DNA of 47,481 nt from a bacterium (GCA_963663405.2 CAXXSM010000085.1:1-47481); one strand, 5' to 3'. Shown: positions 10,136-20,448, counted from the first letter of the stretch. Notes: generated from the sequence alone by a model not told the origin. A program made the numbers and translations.

Positions 10136-10219
10136 GATCTTTTCCTTCCTCTGTATCGAAAATTTTTTAGTTTTTCAAGTTTAAAAAATCACGTTCCGTT
10201 TGTGACGGAATTGGGGCGC

Positions 10220-10924
10220 TTAGGTTGTTGCTTTGGCTTCGACGGAGGCGGGCGCCTCGGTTTTTTCTTCCGCAGTCACTTTCGGGCGGCGCCGGAGCAG
10301 GTTGTCTAGGCCGCCGTACAAGCCTGAATCCAGGCTGGCCAAGGCGGCGAGAGCAAGGAACTCGAGCATATTCTTATTGACGATTAAGTAGTTGCCTTCG
10401 GTGTTAATCATGTGTTTGCCCGCCCATTGCGCGTGTTGGATGTCCGAAAAGAACTGCGGCCAAGCATTAAAGACTGGTAACAGATCCAATGGTGGTGTGG
10501 CGGCGTAGAACATCGCAAGGAGTGTCATGGCGATAAGCGTGGAAAGGCGGGTGAAGAGGCCCAGCATCAAGCCCGCGCCAGCGATGGTCAACATCCAGGG
10601 CATGAGGAAGTTGGACAGTTCCAGCATCCAGGGAGTGGACAACGCCTGGTTCAATAAATCGGGCGATGAGACCACTTCTTTGCTGAGGAACCATTGATAA
10701 ATCGTACTTAGGCCCCAGGTCTCTTTAATTGTCAGCGCGCCGATGGTGTTGAAGATCGGCGATAGCGGTCCCCAAGACCCCATTAGATATCCTTGCGCGG
10801 TCCAATTTGGCTGCGCCAGTTTGACAATTCCTTCTCGCAGGAAATGCCACCCGATGCCAACACGCAGCAGGACTACGAAGAACTGCTGCCATCCCGTTAG
10901 GTAAAAGCGTGGTTTGCCGTTCAT
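10220..10924 (-). CDS. DoxX/DoxD-family membrane protein
   Basis: LLRVGIGWHFLREGIVKL, GLMLGLFTR and IVNKN motifs; several TM segments; ATGA overlap with the upstream ApbE-like gene. Confidence 0.85.
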   Translation of the reverse strand: MNGKPRFYLTGWQQFFVVLLRVGIGWHFLREGIVKLAQPNWTAQGYLMGSWGPLSPIFNTIGALTIKETWGLSTIYQWFLSKEVVSSPDLLNQALSTPWMLELSNFLMPWMLTIAGAGLMLGLFTRLSTLIAMTLLAMFYAATPPLDLLPVFNAWPQFFSDIQHAQWAGKHMINTEGNYLIVNKNMLEFLALAALASLDSGLYGGLDNLLRRRPKVTAEEKTEAPASVEAKATT

Positions 10925-12003
10925 GATAGTTCGGTTAATACCTCCAAACGTTCTTGACTGATATTCGACGTGATGATTTCCGTATGACCGTTTTCATCGG
11001 GTGAACAAAGAATCAAAACGCCAATATTTGTATGCTTTTTACAGTATTCCAACGTCTTCTCAATCCCCATCACGTAGAACGCTGTGGAGAGCGCTTCCGC
11101 TTCGGCGCCGGTAGGGGCGATGACGTTGACGAGGGAGAGATGCCCCGCCGGCCAACCCGTTCGTGGATCAATGATATGCCCGTATTTTTTGCCTTCATGG
11201 ACAAAATGCTGCAATTGATCACCGGAGGAGGAGAAGCCTTGATCGCAGAGCCCAATCTTCGCAAGTGGTTTGGATGAATCCAACGGGTTGCGAATATTGA
11301 TTTCCCACACGGTTTTCCATGCGGGAGCGCCGGACGCGCACACACTGCTGAAACCGCCACGTGTAAGGACGTTTTTTAATCCCCTTTGGCGCGCGATACG
11401 CAGGGCACAATCCAAGGCGAATCCTTTGCCGATGCTGGCCGGTGTTAATTCGATCCCTTCTTTCTTGAAAAAGATCGTATGTTCGGTGTTATCTAACTCT
11501 ACGAAGTCCATGCCGGTTTTATTTCGGGCTTCCGCTAATTCGTCCGGAGAGGGCAACCGGCCTTGACGTTGGAAAAATCCCCAACACCGGGTGAGGGGGG
11601 TACAGGTGATGTCGTAGGCTCCCTCAGTTCGCTTATAGTATAGTTGGGCGATTTTGACGAGGTTGTAGACTTCTTTGCTGACGTGAACTGGCTCTATTGC
11701 CGCCCGTTGATTGACTTTTTGCAGTTCACACTCGCCTTGCCAAATATTGAAAATGGATTCGATGCGGTCGACTTCATCCAGCATCTTCATCCCCACAGCG
11801 CGGATTTCCGGTTTTTCATAAGCGCAGTAGATTATCTCGAAATCGGTCGCCATCGCCTCGCGTTTCAAACGCGCATACGACCGGTCCAGCCCCAAAAAGG
11901 CCAGCGGTTCTTTGATATCGACCAGATCGGCGATCCCGCTCATGAATTGTTCAAAGCCGTTATGAAACAGTCCCCGGCGGCTTTGCAGGGGAGGTAATCC
12001 CAC
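10921..12003 (-). CDS. apbE: FAD:protein FMN transferase (ApbE family)
   Basis: AMATDFEI, GAYDIT, SIGKGFALD, SSSGD, HIIDPRTGWP and AEALSTA are the hallmark ApbE segments. Confidence 0.9.
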   Translation of the reverse strand: MGLPPLQSRRGLFHNGFEQFMSGIADLVDIKEPLAFLGLDRSYARLKREAMATDFEIIYCAYEKPEIRAVGMKMLDEVDRIESIFNIWQGECELQKVNQRAAIEPVHVSKEVYNLVKIAQLYYKRTEGAYDITCTPLTRCWGFFQRQGRLPSPDELAEARNKTGMDFVELDNTEHTIFFKKEGIELTPASIGKGFALDCALRIARQRGLKNVLTRGGFSSVCASGAPAWKTVWEINIRNPLDSSKPLAKIGLCDQGFSSSGDQLQHFVHEGKKYGHIIDPRTGWPAGHLSLVNVIAPTGAEAEALSTAFYVMGIEKTLEYCKKHTNIGVLILCSPDENGHTEIITSNISQERLEVLTELS

Positions 12004-12231
12004 CGTGGAGTTCTCCTATATAAGTTCAGTATAATAATGTATTCGCATAGAATGAAAGCTGGGCTAACATACAAACCTATTTATTGTAATTACTTTTTAC
12101 TAATTCTGGTAGGTTATAGGAAAGACGAAAAGGGAAAAAAGCCGGGGCGCCGTTGGAATGGGAGCAAAAAGAATATCGATTGAGGGGATTCGCTGGTTTT
12201 TCATTTTGAACGGAACATCACGAAACTATGT

Positions 12232-13605
12232 CTATCGGTCTCCATCTACATCCCGTTCCCAGGCTTTGAATGATGATAATAGATCTTTCACCAATTTTGG
12301 TTGTTGAGTAGAAATGTCTTTGCATTCACCGATATCGTTGTCGAGATTGAACAACTGGGTTTGATTTTCCATCCCCACGAGTTTCCAGGGCCCCCGCCGA
12401 ACCGCCCAGTTGTCTCCTCTGCGCCAGAATAGATCCCGTTTTGGGAGTGGATCGCCGTCAAATAGAAGCGGCGCGATCGATACGCCGTCAACATCGTCCG
12501 GCGGTTCCACGCCGGCCAAGCCAGTGAATGTTGGCAGCATATCCATCGTCATCACGGTTTCGTCCGTAACCGTTCCTGGTTTGATGAAGCCCGGGCGCCA
12601 TGCGATAGCGGGTTCGCGGTGACCGCCTTCCCACACGTCTCCTTTCTGACCACGGCATGGGCCGTTGCTGGAGATTTCTCCTTTGAACAAGCCGTTGTAA
12701 TCGAGGTAACCGCCATTGTCGGATGTGAAGAATACAAGCGTATTGTCTTCCAGTTCCAGTTCCTTAAGCGCCGTCATAATGTCGCCGACGCTTTTATCCA
12801 CCGCTTCGACCATTTCCTGTACGACAGGACGCGCTTCACCTTCGGGGTGCGGTCCCAGTTTTTGCAGATTCCAATAGTCCGTTCCTTTTACGCGATGCGC
12901 TTTCTCGTTTGGCCCCTGCCAGGGAAAGTGAATTACCAAGTGGGCGGCGTAGAGAAAGAAGGGGGTATTCTTGTTTTTTCGCATGAATTCAATGCTGTGC
13001 TTTGTGATTAGTTCAGAACTGTAACCCTCTTCCATTTCGATTTTTTTGTTGTGGTACCAATCTTCCGTTCCAGATCGGCTGATGTGGGAAATGTGATCAC
13101 CGTCACCCGTCAGCAGGCCGCGGAAATCGTCAAAGCCGAAATCGGTTGGCATGTGGGGGGATTGGTAACCCAAGTGCCATTTGCCATACATGCCTGTCGC
13201 GTATCCTGCTTTCTTTAGAACCTGGGGAATCGTGACAGCGTTAGTAGGTAAACCGATATGTGGCGATTTGGCGGAGAGAGCGCTTTCGAATGGTTTGCCG
13301 AATCGATTCTGGTACTTGCCGGTGAGTAGCGAAGCGCGTGTTGGGGAACACATCGGGCCGTTCGCATGATAATCGGTGAATCTAAGACCTTCCTTCGCCA
13401 GTTTGTCGATGTTGGGTGTCTTGTTTCTTGGATGGCCATAGCAGGCTAGATCGCCGTAACCCAGATCATCGGCCATGATGAAGATGATATTCGGCTGGTT
13501 TCTTTTTGGTTTGGATTGATTCCGTGCAGAGGAAGCCAATGGGAATCCCGCGCAGCCGCCCGCCGCCATCGCTGCGAGAGCATGGAGAATTGTTCGACGG
13601 TTCAT
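12232..13605 (-). CDS. Sulfatase (formylglycine-dependent, arylsulfatase A-like)
   Basis: PNIIFIMADDLG, CSPTRASLLTG (CxPxR), GKWHLG, FTSDNG, WEGGHR; N-terminal NRR signal. Confidence 0.95.
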   Translation of the reverse strand: MNRRTILHALAAMAAGGCAGFPLASSARNQSKPKRNQPNIIFIMADDLGYGDLACYGHPRNKTPNIDKLAKEGLRFTDYHANGPMCSPTRASLLTGKYQNRFGKPFESALSAKSPHIGLPTNAVTIPQVLKKAGYATGMYGKWHLGYQSPHMPTDFGFDDFRGLLTGDGDHISHISRSGTEDWYHNKKIEMEEGYSSELITKHSIEFMRKNKNTPFFLYAAHLVIHFPWQGPNEKAHRVKGTDYWNLQKLGPHPEGEARPVVQEMVEAVDKSVGDIMTALKELELEDNTLVFFTSDNGGYLDYNGLFKGEISSNGPCRGQKGDVWEGGHREPAIAWRPGFIKPGTVTDETVMTMDMLPTFTGLAGVEPPDDVDGVSIAPLLFDGDPLPKRDLFWRRGDNWAVRRGPWKLVGMENQTQLFNLDNDIGECKDISTQQPKLVKDLLSSFKAWERDVDGDR

Positions 13606-13716
13606 TGATGATCCTTTGTTTCTTTATTAAAATTATTTGATTGGAACATCCGGCAGGTGAGTACTTTTAAATAAGAAAGTATAACCACGTATCTTGCATA
13701 ATTTCCGGAACGTAGC

Positions 13717-13751
13717 GCCAGGGCAGATGAAAAACCTTGCCCTGGCCACCC
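13717..13751. repeat. Palindromic intergenic repeat family B, copy 1
   Basis: GCCAGGGCAGATGAAAAACCTTGCCCTGGCCACCC hairpin; related copy at 17173-17204. Confidence 0.6.
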
Positions 13752-13818
13752 GCCTTTTTAACATAGGCATAATCATACCTTACTGAAATCAAGTTGGATT
13801 CGATAGGGGCGCGTTCTT

Positions 13819-15101
13819 TTATGATGGTGCGACCATACTCATGAGTAATCCACAGAGCCAGGCTCCGTACGTTCCCAGCGCGTAGCCGACCACCGCCACT
13901 AATACACCGACTGGGGCGAGCGCCGGATGAAAGGCGCTGGCCACGATGGGGGCCGAGGCCGCGCCGCCGATATTCGCTTGGCTGCCGACGGCGAGGCAGA
14001 ATACGGGAGCCTTGATCAAACGGCCTACAATCAGCAGCAGCAAGGCGTGAATGCTTATCCAGATGACTCCGACGATGAAGAGATCCGGTCTTTCCATGAT
14101 CGACATCACATCCATTTTCATTCCGATGGACGCGACGAGAATATAGAGAAACACCGAGCCGATCCGGGACGCGCCGACGCCTTCCAAGCGTCTTGCGGGA
14201 GTGAAAGAGAGTAGCAATCCACTGGTTGTCGCGATGACAACAAGCCAGAAAAAGGAACTGGTTAGACTATATTGATCTAACGCGGGACAGGTGGATTCGA
14301 TCCATACGCTAAGGTTATCCGCGCCCATATGGGCAATGGCGGTTACGCCGAAACCGGCGGCCAGCACATTCATTGTATCGGCCAGGGTGGGGATTCGTTC
14401 GATTTGAGACTTATAGTCTTGCATCTTTTTGCGTAGATGTTCTATATCGCTTGTATCGGCTTGATTGAAACGGTCAATTGTTTCGGCGTTTCCGGCCATC
14501 AGGAGCAGGATCGCCATCCAGACATTCGCTACGATATGTCCACGGTGACAAGAGTCGCAAATATATCATCTCCGACGTTGAACACTTCTTTCATGGCGGC
14601 TTGATTGGCTCCCCCGCCGATCCAGCTGCCTGCGACAGTGGTTAATCCACGCCATATCGCATCTGGGCCTTGTCCTCCAACCGTTTCGGGGCTGACCATA
14701 GAGACAAGCAGGATCGCCAGTGGGCCTCCAAGGATGATTCCTGTTGTACCGGTTAGGAACATGATCAGCATTTTGGGCCCAAGCCGGATCACCGCTTTCA
14801 GATCAATGCTCAAAGTGAGCAGCACAAGACAAGCGGGCAGCAGGTAGCGCGACGAGACGAAATAGAGGTTTGAATGATCGGCGGAAATGATATTCAAGTT
14901 GGTCAACACCGCTGGGATGAAATAACAAAGGAGAAGTGAGGGGACGTATTTATAGAAAGTCTGGAATAGGCGCTTTTGGCTGGAGGAGGTGTGGAAGACC
15001 AGCGCGAGAATGACGATTAAGATACCGAGTGTGACCGCGTCGTTGGTGATGTATGGGGTGGATTCATTCAATGTGGATGTCTCCGGTGTATGATTAAACA
15101 A
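13819..15101 (-). pseudogene. DUF819-family membrane protein, frameshifted near 14530
   Basis: ORFs 14529..15101 and 13819..14517 are the two halves (GSWIGGGANQAA; SQANIGGAASAP). Adding one base in GAC ATA ^TC GTA GCG AAT GTC TGG ATG restores a continuous VDIxVANVWMA reading. Confidence 0.8.
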
Positions 15102-15110
15102 AGTATCTCA

Positions 15111-15132
15111 CGGGCGGGGACGCCCGCGCTCC
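15111..15132. repeat. REP-like palindrome family A, copy 1
   Basis: CGGGCGGGGACGCCCGCGCTCC; its reverse complement matches 18614-18635 at 21/22 positions. Confidence 0.75.
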
Positions 15133-15306
15133 ATTTTAAGATTATTGTATTCGTTATGGTTGTGAAAGGTTATCGGACGCCGGGACGAAGGCAAAATTAT
15201 AACAGGTCACTCTATCCATACCTGCTATGTTGGAGTATATAATATATTTTTCGTTTATCGCTTCGCTAGATCAAGCATACATATAATTATGAATAGGAGG
15301 AATCCA

Positions 15307-16329
15307 ATGACAGACTACCGCGTGGGATTGATCGGTTGTGGCTGGGTCGCGGGAGAACATATCGCCGCTTATCGGAATAACCCCCAAACGGAATTGGTGG
15401 CGCTCGCGTCCTATACGAAAGAAGAAGCGAAACAGAAGGCGGATGAATGTGGTGTCTCCGTTCCGGTTTATGATTCGTTGGACGCCATGTTGGAGAAGGA
15501 AAACCTGGATATCGTGTCCGTCACCTCACCGCCGGATTATCACGTCGAACACGCGATGAAAGTGGCGGAAAGCGGGGCGAGCCTGGTACTTGAAAAACCG
15601 ATCGCCCTAACCGCTGATTCGCTTCATCAACTCGTTGCATGTGTAAAGAAAAACAATACGAAATCGATTGTTAGTTTCGTGCTGCGCTGGAATCCACTTT
15701 ATTCGATTATCCGTTCACTGATTGATGACGGATCGCTGGGGGAACTGTTTTATGGGGAGGTGGATTACTACCACGGTATTGGACCTTGGTACAAGCAATA
15801 CGAATGGAACATTACCAAACGCGCGGGGGGCAGCACGCTGCTTTCCGCCGGGTGTCATGCGGTTGATGGCCTTGTGTGGTTTATGGGGAGCCGGGTGAAA
15901 GAAGTACATGCGTTCGGCGTACATTCGAAAGCGGAAATCTATAAGGCGTATGAATACGATCCCACTGTCGCCGCCATTCTCAAGTTTGAAGACGGGCGGG
16001 TTGGGAAAGTGACCAGCTGTATCGAATGTAAGGCTCCGTATATGTTCCGAATTACGCTCCTAGGCGACAAAGGAACCATTAAAGACAATCAACTTTTTTG
16101 TGAGAAACTGAACGGGCAAACGAACTTCGCCACGATTCCCACGATCCTGCCCGATAGTGGTGATGTCACCCATCATCCATTCCAAGGTGAGATCGATCAT
16201 CTTGTGGAACGGTTGGATAAGGGGGAAGATTCGGATGTTCCCATTGATTACGCCGCGCATATTATAGAAATCTGCCTGGCGGCGGAACGATCCGCGGAAA
16301 CCGGAGAAACCGTCACACTTCCACTTTGA
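15307..16329 (+). CDS. Gfo/Idh/MocA-family oxidoreductase
   Basis: YRVGLIGCGWVA, LVLEKPIA, GGSTLLSAGCHAVD. Start moved to the ATG at 15307 because AGGAGG lies just upstream. Confidence 0.9.
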   Translation: MTDYRVGLIGCGWVAGEHIAAYRNNPQTELVALASYTKEEAKQKADECGVSVPVYDSLDAMLEKENLDIVSVTSPPDYHVEHAMKVAESGASLVLEKPIALTADSLHQLVACVKKNNTKSIVSFVLRWNPLYSIIRSLIDDGSLGELFYGEVDYYHGIGPWYKQYEWNITKRAGGSTLLSAGCHAVDGLVWFMGSRVKEVHAFGVHSKAEIYKAYEYDPTVAAILKFEDGRVGKVTSCIECKAPYMFRITLLGDKGTIKDNQLFCEKLNGQTNFATIPTILPDSGDVTHHPFQGEIDHLVERLDKGEDSDVPIDYAAHIIEICLAAERSAETGETVTLPL

Positions 16330-16389
16330 GAGAACGGATTTTGCCCACTGGCCCAACCGGTGGAAATTGAGTAATGAGGAAAAATAAAT

Positions 16390-17139
16390 ATGAGAATCGC
16401 TGCCATACACGCGCATCCCGATGACGTGGAATTTCTCGCGGCGGGGACGCTCGCGCTGCTGCGGGAACGGGACTGTGAGATTTTTATCGCGACTGTCAGT
16501 TCGGGAGACAAAGGCTCTCCCGATAAAACGCGGGAAGAGACCACCGCTACACGGTTCGAAGAGGCCCGGCGATCGGCGTCAATCATTGGGGCTGAATATG
16601 ATTGCCTGGGGATGCGTGATTTTGAAATTTTCGATGATGACCGATGCCGCCGTCTGGTGACGGAATACCTCCGGAAGACACGTCCTGATATTGTGATCAC
16701 CGCGTCGCCGGGTGACTATCTAACCGATCACGATATGGCTTCCATCTTAGTGCGCCACGCTTGTTTTTTCGCGCCGGTCCGGCTTTACGAGACAGGGACG
16801 GCGCCTCCGGCTGAACATATCCCCGCGCTCTATTATATGGATCCGATCGAGGGGATCGACATTCATGGAAATCGGATCGTTCCTGATTTCTGCGTGGATA
16901 TCTCATCCACGATTCAAACAAAGGAATCGATGTTGACTTGTCATGAATCACAGCGTGAATGGCTGCGTCAGCATCATGGAATGGATCAATACATTCAATC
17001 CATGCTTGAATGGTCGAAAACAAGAGGCGGGGAATATGGCTTTCAGTATGGTGAGGGGTTCCGCCAGTATAGAGGGCACGCGTATCCACGCGAGAATAGG
17101 CTGGTGGAATTGCTGCCGGCTGAGAAAATACGAATGTGA
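16390..17139 (+). CDS. PIG-L/LmbE-family deacetylase
   Basis: HAHPDDVE metal-binding motif, R..EA, DY..DH, CHESQ, GEGF. Confidence 0.92.
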   Translation: MRIAAIHAHPDDVEFLAAGTLALLRERDCEIFIATVSSGDKGSPDKTREETTATRFEEARRSASIIGAEYDCLGMRDFEIFDDDRCRRLVTEYLRKTRPDIVITASPGDYLTDHDMASILVRHACFFAPVRLYETGTAPPAEHIPALYYMDPIEGIDIHGNRIVPDFCVDISSTIQTKESMLTCHESQREWLRQHHGMDQYIQSMLEWSKTRGGEYGFQYGEGFRQYRGHAYPRENRLVELLPAEKIRM

Positions 17140-17172
17140 ATTTATGGTACGGTAGGTTTGATGGATTTAGCT

Positions 17173-17204
17173 AGGGCAGAAAAAAACCTTGCCCTGTGTA
17201 CCCG
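17173..17204. repeat. Palindromic intergenic repeat family B, copy 2
   Basis: AGGGCAGAAAAAAACCTTGCCCTGTGTACCCG between convergent genes; matches 13720-13752. Confidence 0.6.
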
Positions 17205-17253
17205 TTATGGTTTGGAACCGGCACGATCATTCTCCAGTAATGGTCATTTGATT

Positions 17254-18528
17254 TTAGTTAAACCATAGAGCGAAACCAACGAAACGTCCATTGAAGGAAT
17301 TCATCAGTCTTCGCCAGAAATCAGGTTGAGTGAGTTCGCCCTCTTCTAGATAAGGCGCCGCCGCCGTTCCTTGAAACCAGAGTACCAAATCGAATGGCCG
17401 TGGCTCCGTGAAGAATCGTTTCAGGTTTATTCCAACGGATTCCTTGCCTCGCCAGAAGGGAATGAGTTTCTTGCCTGATAACAGGTCTTCGGCTTCATCG
17501 AGAAATGCAAGCCATTGTTGGATCATCTCCTGAGTGATCTCGACACCGGGAATGACTCCAGTCTGGTTTGGATTTGGAATCCATTCGTGATTGTCGTCTG
17601 TTTCTTTTCCATATAAAGTCCATGATTCGCGGCTGAGTTTGATTGTCTGATGCAAATGATCGAGAGCCGATTCACTATGTTTGGCGTCTATAACGGGAAA
17701 GTTAATTAGATGGATGAGCGAAATGGCGTCTACGATTGTTGTGTAGTTATAATGTGTATTGCTTTCTTGCCGTTGTTTCAGGAATGGATAAGAAGTTTCT
17801 GGATTTTCGAAAAACAAATGCGCTGTGTGATCAAACAATTTTGAGTCGTCGTACGTCAAGTAGAGTTCAAGGATGGCAGAGAGTAAATGGCAATAACCAC
17901 GGAGCCACGGAACGTCTCCGGCGTCAAAATTGATGAGAAAACTTGCCGCCTGTTCTTCGGTGATATCCATTTGGCGATTCAGCTGGGCGTAGATGCGCCA
18001 CAACGCTTCTTGATCAGTTTTTTTTCCATCAGTATCGAAATCAAAGTATGTCCTTCCAAAGTATATACCGAGTTGCGCCGTCTCATCTTTGATTTGAGAG
18101 AGGGTTTTCTCTGCTTTCATTAGATCTTCGATCATTTGCCGGGCGATTCGTTTTACATCATCATTGCCGATCGGCTCTGGATTTGGATTGGGGGGGACCG
18201 GCAGCCGCAGGAAGGGAAGTTGAAATTCACTTGGCGCGCGGAGACCGTATCGATACCAGGATTGTCCAAGGTTCTGAACGGCGTCAACAAATTGCAACAG
18301 GCCAATGGCAAAACGCAGGTTGTCATTGTCCGGATCACTGCGTAATTCTTGGGTCAATGTTTCTACGCCATTCTCTATTTTGGCTTCCGCGAGATATGTG
18401 TTCACTCGCGCTTCGATCGTTTCCTGAGTGTTCGCGCAATTCACTATAGGAACTGCCGCGGTTACGAAAAGCGCCAATATTGCCAACCAGCAGGCACGGT
18501 TTATCATCGGTGTTCTCCTCTGATCCAT
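17254..18528 (-). CDS. Secreted hypothetical protein (mostly alpha-helical)
   Basis: 424-aa ORF with a signal peptide. True start may be 18507 (AGGAG upstream). Ends FVGFALWFN. No recognisable catalytic motif. Confidence 0.7.
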   Translation of the reverse strand: MDQRRTPMINRACWLAILALFVTAAVPIVNCANTQETIEARVNTYLAEAKIENGVETLTQELRSDPDNDNLRFAIGLLQFVDAVQNLGQSWYRYGLRAPSEFQLPFLRLPVPPNPNPEPIGNDDVKRIARQMIEDLMKAEKTLSQIKDETAQLGIYFGRTYFDFDTDGKKTDQEALWRIYAQLNRQMDITEEQAASFLINFDAGDVPWLRGYCHLLSAILELYLTYDDSKLFDHTAHLFFENPETSYPFLKQRQESNTHYNYTTIVDAISLIHLINFPVIDAKHSESALDHLHQTIKLSRESWTLYGKETDDNHEWIPNPNQTGVIPGVEITQEMIQQWLAFLDEAEDLLSGKKLIPFWRGKESVGINLKRFFTEPRPFDLVLWFQGTAAAPYLEEGELTQPDFWRRLMNSFNGRFVGFALWFN

Positions 18529-18613
18529 TGTATGGATTACGTTCTTTTTTAGTGGAATGACTCAAGACATCTCCAATCTTTACGAATGACTGTCGATGTT
18601 GTTACGTAAAAAT

Positions 18614-18635
18614 GGAGGGCGGGCGTCCCCGCCCG
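18614..18635. repeat. REP-like palindrome family A, copy 2
   Basis: GGAGGGCGGGCGTCCCCGCCCG, an inverted copy of 15111-15132. Confidence 0.75.
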
Positions 18636-18658
18636 CCACTTCGTTCATGGATAGACAA

Positions 18659-18681
18659 GGAGCGGCCAACCAAACCGCTCC
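18659..18681 (-). terminator. Hairpin downstream of the aminotransferase gene
   Basis: GGAGCGG-N9-CCGCTCC stem 37 bp past the stop; U-tract is weak. Confidence 0.4.
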
Positions 18682-18717
18682 CTATAAGAGAATACAAAAA
18701 TATATGGTGAATTTCGA

Positions 18718-20070
18718 TTACGCGTTCTTTATCGCTTCCGCGTTTGCTTGGATTTTGCGGATGGCTGTAACGATGTCGTCCATGTCCTGTTTACTGCCGA
18801 GGAGCATATTTTGGTAGAACCAAACGGCTTCTTCGTTGCAGAGTTTGTCGTTTTCGGGTGTTTCGTTTTCGGCGAAGTATTTTTTGATGTATTCCCGGCC
18901 GTAGATTTTGGTGAATCCTTCGGATTGAAGTGTCTCTTTGAGGAAGGGCTCGTGGTTGAGGGGGGTGTAGCCTTTCCCGCAGGAAACACCTTCTTTGTTT
19001 AAAGCGCTGATGAATTTGGCGCGCGGCAGTCCTGAAAATTGGCTGGAGTCATAACGGAACATGTAAAGGTGATAGGCGTTTCGAGTGGTTCCATCGTACA
19101 TTCTTGCCGGTACGATGCCCGGGATCTCATCCAATTGTTCTGTGAGCCACGCCGCGTTTTGTTCGCGCCGTTGAGATTGTTCTTCCAACCGTATCAATCC
19201 GCGAAGCAACACCGCGCCTTGGAATTCAGTCATCCGTCCGTTCATCCCGTTATGAATATATCCGAAGCCATACTTATTGGTGCGTTCCCGCCCGTTGGAG
19301 TGGAATGAGAAACAACGATCCATCAATTCTTCGTCATTACAAAGGACCGCGCCGCCTTCTCCTCCGCTTAAATTTTTCGTAACTTGGAAGCTGAAGCAGC
19401 CGGTGTCGCCTAATGTCCCTACTTTCTTGCCCTTCCATTCAGCCAAGTGCGACTGACAGGCGTCTTCGATCAACGCCAAGTCATGTTTTTCCGCGATGAA
19501 TTGAACTGTGTCCATATCCGCGACGTTTCCGCCCAGATGGACGGGGATTATACAGCGGGTTCGGCTGGTGATGCGGTCTTCAATTTTTTTCGCGTCGATC
19601 TGGAACGTCTCCCGGTCAGTGTCTACAAAGACAGGAATCGCATGATGCAGCAAAACAACGTTCACTGTGGCGACAAATGTATATGGAGGCACGAGAACTT
19701 CATCACCCGGACCGATCCCCAATGCGCCGAGAGAAGCTAAAAGGGCGCTTGTGCCGTTCATCGTAGCCAGGCATTCTTTCGCGCCCATCAGTTTCGCGTA
19801 TTTCTTCTCAAAGGTACTGACATGATCTCCGTTAAGACGGCACCAGCCTTTATCGTGAAGCACTTTATTCCAAGCTTCATCGTCACCTTCGCCGATCATC
19901 GGCCAGGAGGGAAATCCACCGGTATGCGCAGGCTTTCCCCCTAAGATCGCCGGTTTTGCCGCCGTTTCCGAAGCCTGGGATCGAATCACTGGTCCTGCAA
20001 GGGATACTCCCGCTGTCCCCAACGCCGCCGCTCCGATAAAATTCCGCCGTTTCATTTCTTCTTTCGCCAT
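18718..20070 (-). CDS. DegT/DnrJ/EryC1/StrS-family PLP aminotransferase with Tat signal
   Basis: NGTSAL, GPGDEVLVP..TFVAT, IEDACQSH, FSFQVTKNL (PLP lysine), GEGG; MKRRNFIG signal. Start at 20070 chosen from the AAAGGA RBS. Confidence 0.92.
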   Translation of the reverse strand: MAKEEMKRRNFIGAAALGTAGVSLAGPVIRSQASETAAKPAILGGKPAHTGGFPSWPMIGEGDDEAWNKVLHDKGWCRLNGDHVSTFEKKYAKLMGAKECLATMNGTSALLASLGALGIGPGDEVLVPPYTFVATVNVVLLHHAIPVFVDTDRETFQIDAKKIEDRITSRTRCIIPVHLGGNVADMDTVQFIAEKHDLALIEDACQSHLAEWKGKKVGTLGDTGCFSFQVTKNLSGGEGGAVLCNDEELMDRCFSFHSNGRERTNKYGFGYIHNGMNGRMTEFQGAVLLRGLIRLEEQSQRREQNAAWLTEQLDEIPGIVPARMYDGTTRNAYHLYMFRYDSSQFSGLPRAKFISALNKEGVSCGKGYTPLNHEPFLKETLQSEGFTKIYGREYIKKYFAENETPENDKLCNEEAVWFYQNMLLGSKQDMDDIVTAIRKIQANAEAIKNA

Positions 20071-20418
20071 TGTACCGTATCCTTTCAACCAGAATTTTAG
20101 GTAATTTGATCTAACGAAATTATATACACATTTCCTTATTCAATTGGAGAGAGGAAATCGGTTTTTTTAAAAAGATGGTTGAAAATCATTTGGGGAAGGA
20201 TTAAGAACGATGATGGTAAATGGATGTTATTTCAACTATTTCGTCTCTCACACTCACTCGTGTATCCCAGCCTTTAATTCCAAAAATTTACAGCGCTTGA
20301 CGTTGTCGTGTATCGTTTGATTGCAATTTATTTTTGGGTGTTTAATTCAATCAATATAATCTTCATTGTATTTTGGTTAAGAATGGGAAATGCGGTAAAA
20401 AAATGAAAATTTTTCAAA

Positions 20419-20448
20419 TTGACATATTGACATTTCTCCATTTTTAAT
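20419..20448 (+). promoter_or_regulatory. Candidate sigma70 promoter for the 2784-aa gene
   Basis: TTGACA (20419) - 18 bp - TTTAAT (20443); a second TTGACA at 20427. AT-rich context makes chance matches likely. Confidence 0.35.
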
